Under the pieces are notes generated by a model, which worked only from the letters and a program-made list of their open reading frames with translations, was not told where the DNA came from and ran no database searches. From assembly GCA_051362555.1 (NCBI GenBank), contig CM120644.1, positions 132,954 through 196,953 of the forward strand: 64,000 bases of DNA. The letters run 5' to 3'. Each line of letters starts with the position of its first letter. The first letter of the stretch is position 1. The position numbers and the translations under genes are program-made. The stretch is from Lingula anatina. Its lineage: Eukaryota > Animalia > Brachiopoda. Below, in pieces: positions 46,801 through 58,786 of this stretch.

Positions 46801-47787
46801 GCTCAGAGTGAGTTAAGAACAAGTAGTGCTAGGATTCCTGTGACCACTGACACCACAAGGCATCTCAATAATGTTAGTGGGGCAGCCAACAGATTACAAC
46901 AGCAACATACCAGCCACCAGGAGGAGCCAGTGACACCAGACTTCCCGCCACCGCCTCCTGACCTTAGTCTTCCATACATAGAGGGAGGATTGCCCACAGC
47001 GCCCAGCATGGATGAGCTCCCACCCCCACCACCCCCACCACCACCACCCCTGGCCACGGAGGCTGCAGGAGGGACAAGAACATCCATTCATAGTCATTTA
47101 AAGTCACAGCCCAAGCTTGCCCTCATAGCTGAGCTGAAGAAGAAATCTCCAAAAAGCAGCCCCGATTCTTCACCTCTTGGTTCAACTCATTCTTCTCCCA
47201 GGGGTTCACGTCAGGATGTTTCCACGAGGATAGGAGGAGCCACTTTACAAGAGGAGCGCGTGGTTCACCAATCAGGAGAGGCAGAGGCTGCTAGCCCAGG
47301 CCAGCCCCCACCAGTGGCTAAGAAACCCAAGGGAAAGGTGCCTCCCCCTGCTCCTGTCAGGAGAGATATCTCACCAGTGCCACCTAGCAGTGAGCAGTCA
47401 GACCAGGGAAAACCCCCGCCACCTGTCCTGCCTAAACCTAAACCCAAGGTGGCAGCAGGGGGTGGTGGAGAACCCCCTCAGTGTGGTCAGTCCTCTGTCC
47501 AGTCTGACACCAAACCACCACCCCCTGTAGCAGCCAAGGCAGCCCTCAACTCTCCCTTCATGGCTGACCTGAAGAGTGCCTTAGCACGGTCTGCTGCTGC
47601 TGCTGCTGGGAAATACCCTGGGGACAGAGTACAGACCCTGGGGAGCAGACCCCCAGCAGGGGAGGGACACAGCAATATGGAGGACCTTCCACCACCTCCA
47701 CCTGAACTGCTCCACCAGTCACCTACCCCAGGGAAGAAGAAGCCACCACCCCCACCCAAGAGGAGTGAGAAAACACAGTTGTCTTAG
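22654..47787 (+). CDS. RAPH1: MRL-family adaptor (lamellipodin/RAPH1, RIAM/APBB1IP, pico/MIG-10 ortholog): RA and PH domains plus Pro-rich tail
   Basis: Exons: 22654-22740 ([12 protein letters not shown]), 32231-32330 (FRFSIINLE; GC donor), 33198-33862 ([10 protein letters not shown]), 39884-39961 ([19 protein letters not shown]), 40649-40808 and 41146-41267 (RA), 44367-44441, 44692-44838, 45086-45196, 45838-45936 (PH), 46363-47787 (FPPPP/LPPPP EVH1 motifs; ends [17 protein letters not shown]). All phases are consistent. Invertebrates have one co-ortholog of RAPH1 and APBB1IP. Confidence 0.93.
23377..23736. mobile_element. 360-bp MITE with CAG termini
   Basis: TIRs cagacgtgctgaa / ttcagcatgtctg; flanked by TATTA on both sides (a TA TSD also fits). 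Confidence 0.7.
25305..25590. repeat. Compound (TG)n/(TA)n/(TATG)n microsatellite
   Basis: Direct inspection. Confidence 0.9.
26158..26888. repeat. 61-bp minisatellite, about 12 copies
   Basis: Unit actcagggtgtacaatatcactgggtgtggaatggaaagctgtagaactatttcctctata. Confidence 0.95.
27232..27536. mobile_element. Foldback MITE with long imperfect inverted repeats, embedded in (CT)n
   Basis: ccattcagattgagaa..gccgagtg..cctacatgaaaggaaga..aatcctgtaatggtctc pairs with gagaccattacaggatt..tcttcctttcatgtagg..cactcggc..ttctcaatctgaatgg. Confidence 0.75.
29380..29574. mobile_element. PIF/Harbinger-like MITE
   Basis: TIRs gggcctgttaagaaccaa / ttggttctgaacaggtcc; related copy at 30031-30465. Confidence 0.65.
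30006..30465. mobile_element. Second copy of the same MITE, with its left end and flank amplified 4x (83-bp unit)
   Basis: gatatcagatacactgag..gggcctgttcagaaccaag at 30006, 30089, 30172, 30255; single right TIR cttggttctgaacaagccc. Confidence 0.7.
32358..32812. repeat. 30-bp minisatellite, about 15 copies, followed by (CA)n
   Basis: Unit caggcataccctcatacacacatataccct. Confidence 0.95.
35044..36229. repeat. 85-bp minisatellite, about 14 copies
   Basis: Unit aagtataatatcagtccaacctgtctacactacaactgtactcatatgttctatcataaggtcacagtaacagtgtactggatac. Confidence 0.95.
36630..37999. repeat. 61-bp minisatellite, about 17 copies, interrupted by an L2 fragment
   Basis: Unit agttgtcagtgtggacatgggccccagctctattgagatgacaggcttgtgtgtattctaa. 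Confidence 0.95.
37106..37436 (-). mobile_element. 5'-truncated L2/CR1-group LINE 3' end
   Basis: Minus strand encodes [22 protein letters not shown] (typical L2 ORF2 C-terminus), then tgtaaggcgccttgaga...aaggcgccatataa and a (TTA)n tail. Confidence 0.8.
38352..38447 (+). CDS. Candidate alternative exon of the MRL gene (paralogous coiled-coil exon)
   Basis: tag|GTG...CCA|gtaagt, 96 nt, phase 0-0, no stop; [32 protein letters not shown]. Confidence 0.6.
41268..41645 (+). repeat. 57-bp minisatellite starting exactly at a 5' splice site, about 7 copies
   Basis: Unit gtaactaaggctgaccagctaccatatgtcatatcacataataggtttataattctg; first copy begins at donor GAG|gtaact. Confidence 0.93.
41722..44063 (-). 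mobile_element. Second Helentron/HINE-like element (inverted), about 9 internal ~121-bp repeats
   Basis: Reverse-complement homolog of 4963-6842; hairpin at 41728-41755; tandem core about 42715-43865; ends ggtatcgcctctctgatcctctagtt. Confidence 0.78.
45413..45640. repeat. About 70-bp tandem repeat, 3 copies
   Basis: acattatatttgatgttcacttggagtgataatattttacatacaaaatgatatacagacactt. Confidence 0.8.
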
Positions 47788-48615
47788 TTATTACAGTGTC
47801 CTTGCCTCCTCTTTGAACTCTGAGCAGATAATTTCAGCAGGTGTCATAGTGACTACAGTGTCCGTGTCTCATCTTTGACCTGTGAGCAGGGTTTCAACAG
47901 TTGTCCTAGTGGATACACGGTGTCCGTGTCTTATCTTTGACCTGTGAGCAGGGTTTCAACAGTTGTCCTAGTGGATACACGGTGTCCGTGTCTTATCTTT
48001 GACCTGTGAGCAGGGTTTCAACAGTTGTCCTAGTGGATACACGGTGTCCGTGTCTCATCTTTGACCTGTGAGCAGGGTTTCAACAGTTGTCCTAGTGGAT
48101 ACACGGTGTCCGTGTCTCATCTTTGACCTGTGAGCAGGGTTTCAACAGTTGTCCTAGTGGATACACGGTGTCCGTGTCTCATCTTTGACCTGTGAGCAGG
48201 GTTTCAACAGTTGTCCTAGTGGATACACGGTGTCCGTGTCTCATCTTTGACCTGTGAGCAGGGTTTCAACAGTTGTCCTAGTGGATACACGGTGTCCGTG
48301 TCTTATCTTTGACCTGTGAGCAGGGTTTCAACAGTTGTCCTAGTGGATACACGGTGTCCGTGTCTCATCTTTGACCTGTGAGCAGGGTTTCAACAGTTGT
48401 CCTAGTGGATACACGGTGTCTGTGTCTTATCTTTGACCTGTGAGCAGGGTTTCAACAGTTGTCCTAGTGGATACACGGTGTCCGTGTCTCATCTTTGACC
48501 TGTGAGCAGGGTTTCAACAGTTGTCCTAGTGGATACACGGTGTCCGTGTCTCATCTTTGACCTGTGAGCAGGGTTTCAACAGTTGTCCTAGTGGATACAC
48601 GGTGTCCTTGTCTCC
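47774..48615 (+). repeat. 62-bp minisatellite in the MRL 3' UTR, about 13-14 copies; first diverged unit overlaps the stop codon
   Basis: Unit acagttgtcctagtggatacacggtgtccgtgtctcatctttgacctgtgagcagggtttca versus CDS end acagttgtcttag. Confidence 0.9.
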
Positions 48616-48803
48616 TGTCTGTCATTTTAGCAGAGAGTTTCAGTGGCTGTTTTTACTTAAACTGCTTGTTAACAATTTACTTTTCAGCTTGCCTGTGTTC
48701 AGTTGCATATATTGTTAAGATACCATAGAACAAGGTAACAACAAATCAGTTAAGCATTTGGAATGTAATAGTAGAACACTTCTTGAATTAAGAGGTGGGG
48801 ATC

Positions 48804-48902
48804 ACAGTTTTTATCATGATATTAAAGTTTGCTTTGTATCCTCCAAAACTATTTTAGTTTTTAAGGATACAAAGCAAACTTTAATATCATGATAAAAACT
48901 GT
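48804..48902. repeat. Perfect 39-bp inverted repeat
   Basis: 48804-48842 is the exact reverse complement of 48864-48902. Confidence 0.9.
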
Positions 48903-51640
48903 ATGTATTTCAAGGAGGTGGTGGTTATTTCTGCCCTTTTGAAGACAAACTTTTTCTTTATTAACAAGGTATTCTATATGCTATGATCTCTTTATCATGC
49001 CAGGTATGTGGATGCTCCTCTTTATATTGTAAGAAAGATTATACTGTTGGAGTTGGTTTTTTAAAACCTAAAATACATACACTGTAATCCTTCTTATTTA
49101 AAGATAAGACCGGATATGGCAATTCTTTTAATAATGGAATGCCCTAAATTTGAACTGAAAACTGCTGAAATGTAAGACAAGCCTGAAACTTGTCAGTCCT
49201 GTCTTGAACACAGTGCCACCTATAGATGATATTATTGTGTATGATGCAGTGCCGTAGCTCTCCCCACAAAAATGGTGATTTCTGCCTTGCAGCTTTACTA
49301 ATGAATTACTGACAATACTAGGAAAAGCTTTAACATCCCTTTAACTAAATAAACTCAGAAAACCAAAATGAGAACTTTCTGTCAAGAAGCCATATCAGTC
49401 TTGCCCACTGTAAGAATTAATCTATCAATTTTTTGTCACAGGGACAGTTCCTTATTGCGGAAACATTTATACTACTTTTATATACAGTGCTAACTAACTC
49501 AAAGTATTGCCATATTTACCTGACTGATTTTTTTGTGTATCTAACTTGATATATATATTTTCATCAACTTGTGCCATAGATACTAAATAATGCATGGGAG
49601 TGACTGAATTGCCAGCCAAAAGACGTATCATGATACAGAATCAGATATCCAGCTTTAGCATTTTATTTTTAGTTGAATTGTATTACAATGTTGTCTGTAC
49701 ACTGCCTGGAATATTTTGATATATAAAATGTTTTTATTATTATTATTATTATTTTGAAGTAATGAAGAAGTAGGTGGTCAAAGTTTTTTATACGTTTTGC
49801 TTTCTGAGCATAAGCTCAACTTGAGTCTCCATCTTTTCTCAGTTCAAAAGGCAGTAGGTACCTGTCTGGTAGTTGGTATGGGGCTGGCTGGCTAACTGTT
49901 TTCCTGAACTTACTTCAGCATTGCCAACTCCGGAACCAGCTTGTATTTCTTTATAATCTGTCTTTTTGCATTTACATTAAACTTAACTGCCATTATAAGA
50001 AACCTTTTTACGGTTTATCTCAGTGAGACTGCTGATGCGTTGTTCTAACCTTTAAATTCTCTACTCTGCTGCTTGAATATACCATGTCTCAGAGGAGGTG
50101 TAGTATGAAGGTCTCTGAATGGTTCTTTTTAATACAACACTCATACCACTAATAACTGACACTTTTGAACTTTTTATGTTCACTGCTTAGTACTAGTTGG
50201 CTAAGTTTTTTCTAAAATATTCATTGTTAGTTCATTTATTGTACAATGTTGAACAGTGTATTTGAAATACTCAAAGTATTGTTTTAGTAGTTTTGTAACA
50301 TATCAGTGTGTTTTTAAGACTATAACATACATCCTATGTTATATCATCACTGGACATTCACATTACAGCTTGTCTTATCAGTGTTCTTTTTGCCATATTT
50401 TTATCTTGTGTAATGTTCAGAGATGTTATTTTAAAGCTGATATTAGCTCACAGTCTGTAATAAAACTGTACTAAGATGGGATTTTAATAGGATGAAGACA
50501 GATAGTATAAAGACTGGAGTGATTAATTATCACAATTGTTTTAAGTTTAAAGAAATTAATTTTTTACATCATTATACTAAATTTGGGATTTCCATGGAGA
50601 TGTCAAGCTCCATTTATTGGTATAAGTAGGGGAATACTGGGTGAGCAGCATATAGTAAATTAAGTCGACAGTTTCTGTATACCATTGAAGTTATTCAGAA
50701 TAGTTTCTTTTTTTCGGGGAAAGTGTTTTTGGGTTGACCCGAATCTCATGGCAATAGAGTGATCTTTTCGCTTAACTTACTAATGTGCAATAATCTGCGC
50801 GAAGATGTGATTAGTCGTTAACGATATCTTGATTTTTGTACAGTGTAATTTTTTATTTACTTTTAGTTTGAAATTAATTATAATATCGAGCAATTGCTTG
50901 TTTGTGACATAGGTAAAATGATTGTGTGAAAGTCGATCTGTGCTTGAAGTCGAGAAATGAGACCACACCGTGATACGTCTGTATACGAGATCTGTCTTTT
51001 AGGAAAAGATGACGATCAGATCGCACTTACTGAATGCAATTCAATATCTTTGATTTGTCTGTGTTAATAGTTTAAAATCTTGAATGGGCATCTTTAATAC
51101 CCCTGTGGATGTTTATTGTACATTTTAAGGTTACTGTAGAAAAGCGTAGTCTAGTTTTCTACTAGTGTACATTGAAAGCTATACACAGAGCAGATCTAAC
51201 CTATAGACCCCTAGTATGCCGTGTACGGTATACATGTACATGCTAGGTCTTATATAGAAATGATGTCATGATGCTACACTCTAGGTGCTTCGCGCGTGTA
51301 TAAACCAAGATTTATGAATAAAATAATTCCTATAGGTTCTTGTGTTCTGTTGTAATCTTGATCTCAGAATATTTGATATCATATTTAAGTGTACTCTGTC
51401 CTTGTTTTCTATGATTTTGGGATGGTGAGTAAATTATTCCTTTTCTCACACTATTTCCTGACATCCAAGATTGGTCAGGCGGTAGATTAGTAAAATACGT
51501 GAATGTGATAGCTTTACTTTGAAGTAGATCTATCAGTATTTTAGAAGTCTCTTGCGCTGCGTCACGTCGGCCAAACTATTTATAAAAGTCGGATTGACGT
51601 CGCTGTGTATTACGTCAGCTAACCTTTGAAGGACAGATTG

Positions 51641-51648
51641 TGACGTCA
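51641..51648. promoter_or_regulatory. Full CRE (TGACGTCA) upstream of TSSK copy 1
   Basis: attgTGACGTCAct, identical 14-mer upstream of copy 2; extra CRE-like half sites at 51558-51617; CCAAT at 51841. Confidence 0.6.
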
Positions 51649-51978
51649 CTGTCATAATATTCTTCGCCTGCAAGTCAACCCCTGCTAACTCCATATGTCA
51701 TCTTAAAGAATCCATGATCGGTTGAGGTTTCTGTCTTATTTACCCCGAAATATCTCGAACGGCTCCTTTCCAAATTACATGCCCAAAGAACTTGACATAT
51801 ATCTTGTTAAGTAAATGATTTTGATGGCATTGTTCAGTAACCAATCGGGAACGTCGTTTTGGTTGCCAGGACGACGCTTCGCATAAAAAATCCAGCCGAC
51901 AAGAAGAAACACCGTACAAGTCGGCTGGAAAGTTTGCCTTCTAAGAACAAGATGGCAGATCAATGAAAAAAGTTGATA

Positions 51979-53535
51979 ATGGCAATAAGAGGCGAAGAAG
52001 ACCGAGCAGATGAACACCTCAAAGACAAAGGATATATTCTTGGGGACGTTTTAGGTGAAGGGTCCTATGCGAAAGTCCGGAACGCTTATAGTAGAAATCA
52101 TAACTGCCGTGCAGCAGTGAAAATCATCAACAAACGTAAAGCACCTCGAAATTTTGTGGTCCGTTTTCTTTCCCGTGAACTGGAGATTATACAAAAGCTT
52201 GACCACCCCAACATTATAAAGGTGTTCGACGTCATAGAGCTAGGGCCGAAGGTAAAATCGTCCGAATAAAAACACCATGTCATAAAATCTATATCTGTTC
52301 GCTTTCAATAATAAGATAATATTAGTACTGCGGAACTGAGGAAAATACTACGTCACCTTTTCATCCTATATCAATTATTTTCTCACAAATGTCATAAAAA
52401 TAAAGGTCAATATACATGTATGATTGTCGCTAGAGGTGAAGCATTCTTAAGACGATCATTATGATCTGTGTAATTGTAAAAAGTCAGCACATAGTGAGCG
52501 GATGTTAAAATGTCAATACTTAATTTTTTTCACAAATTGTTGATACTTGATTATTGGTCAACCCTGAAAATTTCAAGTTTTAAAGTGAAACAGTTTTGAT
52601 ATTATCATGAAGTAAAAAAACACTTTGAAAAGCTCGGCGTTTGAGCATTCGGCGCCCGGCATTCAGCACCCATAGGCTTTTTTTTTTTTTTTTTCGGTCT
52701 TTCAAAATTAAGGAATGTACAGTCATAAAATTATCAGTATTTAAAACATTTTTCCTAAATGTGCCAATGAAGTTATTGACCTTTAAAATTAATGTTTTTT
52801 TTTGCCACCTTATACATGTATTTGTCATGATTGAGGTTATGTTTCAATAAAATTCTCTTATAATTTCAATAGATACTGACACCTCTATCTTCAGAGCTGC
52901 CCATGATACGTCGTTTAGTTACTTGCAGTAACACTAAATAGAAATCATGTTTCCAGTAGTATTAAAAGGAGCGATATCTCTGAGTTTTAGGTGTACATAT
53001 GTATGGAGATCGCGGGCCACGGAGACCTGTTGGAATACATTCGGCTACGAGGCTCGGTGCCGGAAGAAACTGCAAAACTCATGTTTCTAGAATTTGTAGA
53101 GGCCGTAGATTATTTGCATAGTAATAACTTGACGCACAGGTGGGTAGAAGGATATGTTTTCTAGACGTTGTTTCACGTTACAGATGAAGTGAGCAATCGA
53201 CAATGTAGTGACCAACACTAATCATTTTTAGAGACACTCCATAATCGTTTGAATGGTAGATAATTGCATGAAATAAATATAATAACTGAAAAATGAGAAG
53301 TTTAACTTTTCTTCAGGGATCTTAAATGTGAGAATATTCTGATTGACACCCGCAACAACATCAAGCTGTCTGACTTCGGCTTTGCTCGGACTTTTACTGA
53401 CGGCGAGTTCAGCCGGACTTTCTGCGGCAGTGCTGCATACGCCGCCCCAGAGATATTACAGGGACACCCGTATAACATGCCGGCCTATGATATATGGAGT
53501 ATGGGAGTCGTTTTATATATCATGGTAAAATACTA

Positions 53536-53574
<39 letters not shown>

Positions 53575-53944
53575 CCCTCTGGATCTTTAAGGAAACGTAC
53601 TTTATATTGTTGGACGTTCACCTCAGTATTCTCATGCGGTGGTAACAAATATTAAGGAAAGCCTCAATTAATTAGATATATGTTTACAAATATTGGAAAC
53701 CGACTTTCTTCAGGTAACGGGCTCCATGCCGTACGACGATTCCAGCGTCAGACGTATGATCAAGGAACAGCTGGAGAGACGCGTGAGGTTCCCTAGGGGT
53801 GCTCGCGTTGCGCCCCCCTGCAGGAGCCTTATTCATCACATGCTAACTGCTGACGTCACACAGCGTGCTACGACACAAGACATTCTCGCCAGTGATTGGT
53901 TGAAAGATGTCCGATCTCCAAAAAAAGATAAACCAGTGGAATAG
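51979..53944 (+). CDS. TSSK1: Testis-specific serine/threonine kinase (TSSK1/2-like), copy 1
   Basis: Exons 51979-52251, 52991-53139, 53317-53524, 53714-53944; [65 protein letters not shown]. One-to-one orthology is not resolved. Confidence 0.9.
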
Positions 53945-56240
53945 TAATTATTTCATATATAGCCAGGATGTAATTTCAAAGTCAGCAATGCTTGAAGTAA
54001 CTCTTTCTTAGTGGGATTTTTGTTAAACTAAAAAAAGTTCAACAAAAGTGTCTTTTAATGAAAACTCTGGAAAATGGTTTTCAACGAAACCTGTTTTTTT
54101 AGGTGACCTGAAAATGGCTTGTGAAAGATAAGTGTCGGAATGTAATCTATCTTGTGAGTGCAAGGAAAGTAAGCCGGCAGAAAATCCTGTTTCTTCCTCA
54201 TATTTTTGTCACACATTCAAGCAAACAAAATCTAACGGTAAAGGAACTAATTCAATCATGTCATAATTTACTAGACTAAATAATCATTTTGTTGTAAAAA
54301 ATGAATCGAAAGAAGTATTTGATGTTTTCTATGAAAATGATGAGTGCGCTCAAGACATGCAAAAACAGCTTTTGTGTTTCCTTAATGAACAGAAGTAAAC
54401 GTACTTAGAAATATACTCATGATATTCAATGAAGGCCTAGAGCTACTGTTTCAAGAAAAGAACACTGATGTCCGTATTTCATCTTCATCTGGAGCTATCA
54501 TTGATGGTAAAGTGTTTCAGACTTATCTTATTATGAATAAACGCAGAAAGGTTGCCACGCCCCCTCTGTTGCTATGACCGTACCGTAAAAAAACTCGAAA
54601 ACTTTCTTGAAGTGGATATATTGTATTTCGCTGCAGAAAAACTGTTGAAAACTGATAGAAACTGATACTGATGTGAGCTAAAACTGAATCAAACTGATTT
54701 AAACATAAAACAATATGGTCCGGGGAGACCCGTGTTGCTGAACTGAACTTTTATACCTGTGTGTCATGTGACACATGAACACATCTCACTATGATGTACT
54801 CTAACCTGTAATTACTGCACGTGCTGCAGTTACACCCTCCCTCGCGCGCACGTGTGTGTGTGTGTGTGTTCGTGCGTGCGTTCGTGTGAGGAGAGAGTGA
54901 GAGAGAGAGAGAGAGAGAGAATGGGAAGTATTTTACAGTTAACAGTTAAATATAACTTTAGTTTCCGAGGCTGACAAATGCGTGATCATGACTGATAACA
55001 ATCGGAGTCCTTTTAATGTGCTTTGGACATACATGTCAATAGATACGTACTCATTCTGAAGAATGCCCTTCGCTGGACATTTAATATGATGCGAATGCGA
55101 TTATAGTATCACTTTTGTTACCATAATTTTCAAGCTTGCATTATGTGTTTAGATTCATAGGAAGTAAAACAGACTCGGTTCGAAAATCCCCAAAAAATCT
55201 GGAAGCGGTGTAGCTAACCTTACATGACTGCCCTATATTGTCAGATTGATAATGTTTATTGAACTTTGCGATAGTACTGCAATTTCGAATTGATAAATGA
55301 ATAAATAATGTTATAATATATTTCAATAATGCATTTGTGCACAAGCCATTTTCCATTGAAATATCAAGTAGACTTTACAAAAAAGTGACAAGTAACTGGA
55401 CCAGCTTGCCTAAAACATATACGTCACAAATTACGGGTTTCAATAAAAGTTGATCTACTGATACGAGTTTGTGTTAGTAATATTATATAGGAAACAAACG
55501 TGATATAATAGCTATTTCAGAACTATTTCCCAACACACGACAGTCTATTCGCTCATGTCTTCGCTAATGTCAACAGTAGTCGCCCTTTAACTCCGTTGCC
55601 AGGGAAACCTCCATAACCTCTGCCGTCACGTGATGGCTGCTAAGGATATCCCAACCGCGCCTTCTTTTTCACTTATCATGATCATTTAATAAATACCCCT
55701 AGCCTTTTTTGGTTAAAATCACCACAGATTTTGAATATATGCACGATGCACATGGAGGTGACTCAGAAGCGAAGCTAAACAAGATACCAAATCACCGTAT
55801 AGATCTTTGAAAAATATATAACTTATCATAATAATGCATCTATGAAGATCTTCAGGGATTTCAAAAATGATGAAGAAGGCCTAGGGGCCGAAAGCTTGGA
55901 TAGGGTATTACATCTTTTTAGTAGTATTGTTATGCATTATTATTATGACTTACTTAGAACAAAACATAAAAACGCATTTTGAGTATTTACATCTATAGTA
56001 TGTATTTTATTATGTATAGATGTTAAAATCCTACAAGAATCGACTCCCTTTATCAGAGAAAAATATAATAACTTTTACAAATCAAGAATAAAGATAGGAT
56101 GTCCATTTGGACATGGACAAATATTGACTTTGTTTTACTTTTCCAAGATTAGAAAAAGCTAAGTGGCGCCAGGTTTTTCGACTGAAAGCGAGGCTAGCGC
56201 TGATCAACATTTCTTATGACAAAAATTGGAGTCGTAATTG

Positions 56241-56248
56241 TGACGTCA
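56241..56248. promoter_or_regulatory. Full CRE (TGACGTCA) upstream of TSSK copy 2
   Basis: attgTGACGTCAct, 365 bp before the ATG (338 bp in copy 1); CCAAT at about 56458. Confidence 0.6.
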
Positions 56249-56605
56249 CTTATCAGCATTCCGACACTAAGGAACAAATTTCACTCTCACAGTATTCCGT
56301 ATCCATAAAAAAGCATTAAAATTAGCTTTCTAAATGTGAGAGACTTTTAATACATTATTTTTCAATAGCAATAGTTCATAAAACATATAATTATGATACC
56401 AGTAATTTAAAAACCGCAAAGACGAGAAATAAAACCTCACCCTGCATTGTTTTGCAGCCAATAGGAGAACGACGTCTTCGTCTCCAGGACGACGTCTTGT
56501 TTCAGAAGTCCAGCCGACAAGAAGGAACATCGCAGACGTCGGCTGGAATATTTCTATCAAGGATACAACATGAATGCGCAGTAAAGTAAATAAACCGCGA
56601 TCATA

Positions 56606-58741
56606 ATGGCGTTTAGGGACCCAGAAGGCCGGGCAGAGGAACAACTCAAAGAGAGAGGTTATGTTCTTGGGGAGGTTTTGGGAGAAGGATCTTATGCGAA
56701 GGTCCGCGCCGCTTTCAGCAAGAATTACAATCGTCGTGTAGCAATGAAGATCATCAACAGAAGAAGAGCGCCTCGCGACTTTTTAGCCCGTTTTCTCCCA
56801 AGAGAACTAGAAATTATACAAAAACTTGATCATCCAAATATTATCAAAACGTTTGACATCATGGAATTCGGCCAGAAGGTAAGACCTTTAGCTTACACAT
56901 GCCGCAAATTCTTTTCACTTATCCGTCCTCAATGCTTAAGAAAACACTTTTGCTTTTTTTACCTACTTTAAAGCTTGTTAACATTTCTTTTTTTATCATT
57001 TTTAAAGCACGCTTTTTAAATCATTAAAACAATAGTTATTCTTCTAATGATATATAATTAAAACTAAGTAACGTATATACGATCACAATCAACTCAGACC
57101 AAATTAAGAATTGTGGAAAAAAAATTAGACCAAACCTGAGTGAACTGACGCAAATTTAGAATATATGGAAAGTCAGGATGTAAAAAGTGTTACAATCCAT
57201 GTTTATCACAACATTAATTTTTCGATCTTTTTTACCTGTTACTGACAATCTTTTCTAACAAAATTAAATAAATAAATAAATACATACATAAAATAAAAAA
57301 GAGAGACGGGGAGATTTGTGGCATTCTTAAGTCTTCAGACTATGTTTCAAGGTGGTCTTTTTTCCCTGTTTTTTTTTCCTTCTTTTCTTTCATAAAGACG
57401 CGGGTGCTGTAACCGCCGCAATAATTCTGATTCTAAAATCGTTCTGAGAAATTGCAAATTTTGACTAACGTTTAAACATTAACGTCATGTGAGGGGGGGG
57501 GGGGGGAGGGGGGTTGAAACTAGAGTTTAGAGTGAGGTATTGGCCTGGTATAGATGTGGTCTGGACAATCAATTTGGGATTTTAACCAAACAAAGTTTTT
57601 ATCCACACCATCTTTATACTTGCCGGTCTAAAAATTCATAGGAGGCAAAACGTTAAAACGTTAATTTTATTTCCTCGAGACAGAAATATTTCCACCTCTT
57701 GTGAGTGATCCCAAATATCGAAACCCCTTTTGTCTTTTGTTTACAGTCAATAGAGTTTAAAGCAATATAGTGGAAACCCGGAAACCACTCAAACCTCATA
57801 TAGATGCAAGAGATGGTCATTCTGCGGGTGGGATAAAACAATCATTTATAATCTTTGTTTTAGGTATTCATCAGCATGGAGATTGCAGGCCACGGTGATT
57901 TGCTAGAATTTATCCGGTTACGAGGCGCCATTCCAGAGGAAACAGCTAAAATCATGTTTCTAGAATTTGTAGACGCGGTAGATTATCTGCATTGTAACGG
58001 TGTTACTCACAGGTAGGTAGTGACTGCTATATCAGACTACTCTGGAGATAAAATGGACGCACGCGTCTTCTGTGCTCTGAACGTCACTGATCTTGTGATA
58101 CAGTTTAAAGTGGACTAGACAACTCTTTACATTTCTAAGGGTGCATTCCCAGAGATTTAGATCGATCCAAGGATTAAGATTTATATCTACCTAACTCCCT
58201 GGGGGTTCACGCAGTCAGCAGAGCGCGCACCATAGTTAATTACCCCTTTACAGTTTTTAGTAGGCGGGACAGACGCTTAAGCCGGCTAAGCTGACAGTAA
58301 TTTAGTGAGACTCCCCACAGGGATAGATCGATCTTAAATCTATGGAAATGGGGTCTAAGAGTAAGATCTAGATTTTAATTTTTAAAAGTTTGAAACTGTG
58401 AATACTTCAGATCATTGTTCTTTTTGAACTTTGTTACTAAGTGGAAATAAAAGATAACATGTTTTCATTTCTACTTATTAATAAAGTGGAAATGAAAGCT
58501 AACATGTTTTTATATTTTAGGGATCTTAAATGTGAGAATATTCTGATCGACGTACATAACAACATCAAGCTGTCTGACTTTGGCTTTGCTCGGACTTTTA
58601 CTGACGGCGAGTTCAGCCGGACTTTCTGCGGCAGTGCTGCATACGCCGCCCCAGAGATACTACAGGGACACCCGTATAACATGCCGGCTTATGATATTTG
58701 GAGTATGGGAGTCGTTTTATATATCATGGTAAAATACTAGC

Positions 58742-58786
<45 letters not shown>

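Noticed and set aside
55869-55900. Penelope-type minimal hammerhead look-alike (tgaaga-a-ggcc-tagg-ggcc-gaaagctt)
   Set aside because: It lacks the C of CUGANGA and has no clear NUH or stem I; at most an inactive relic.
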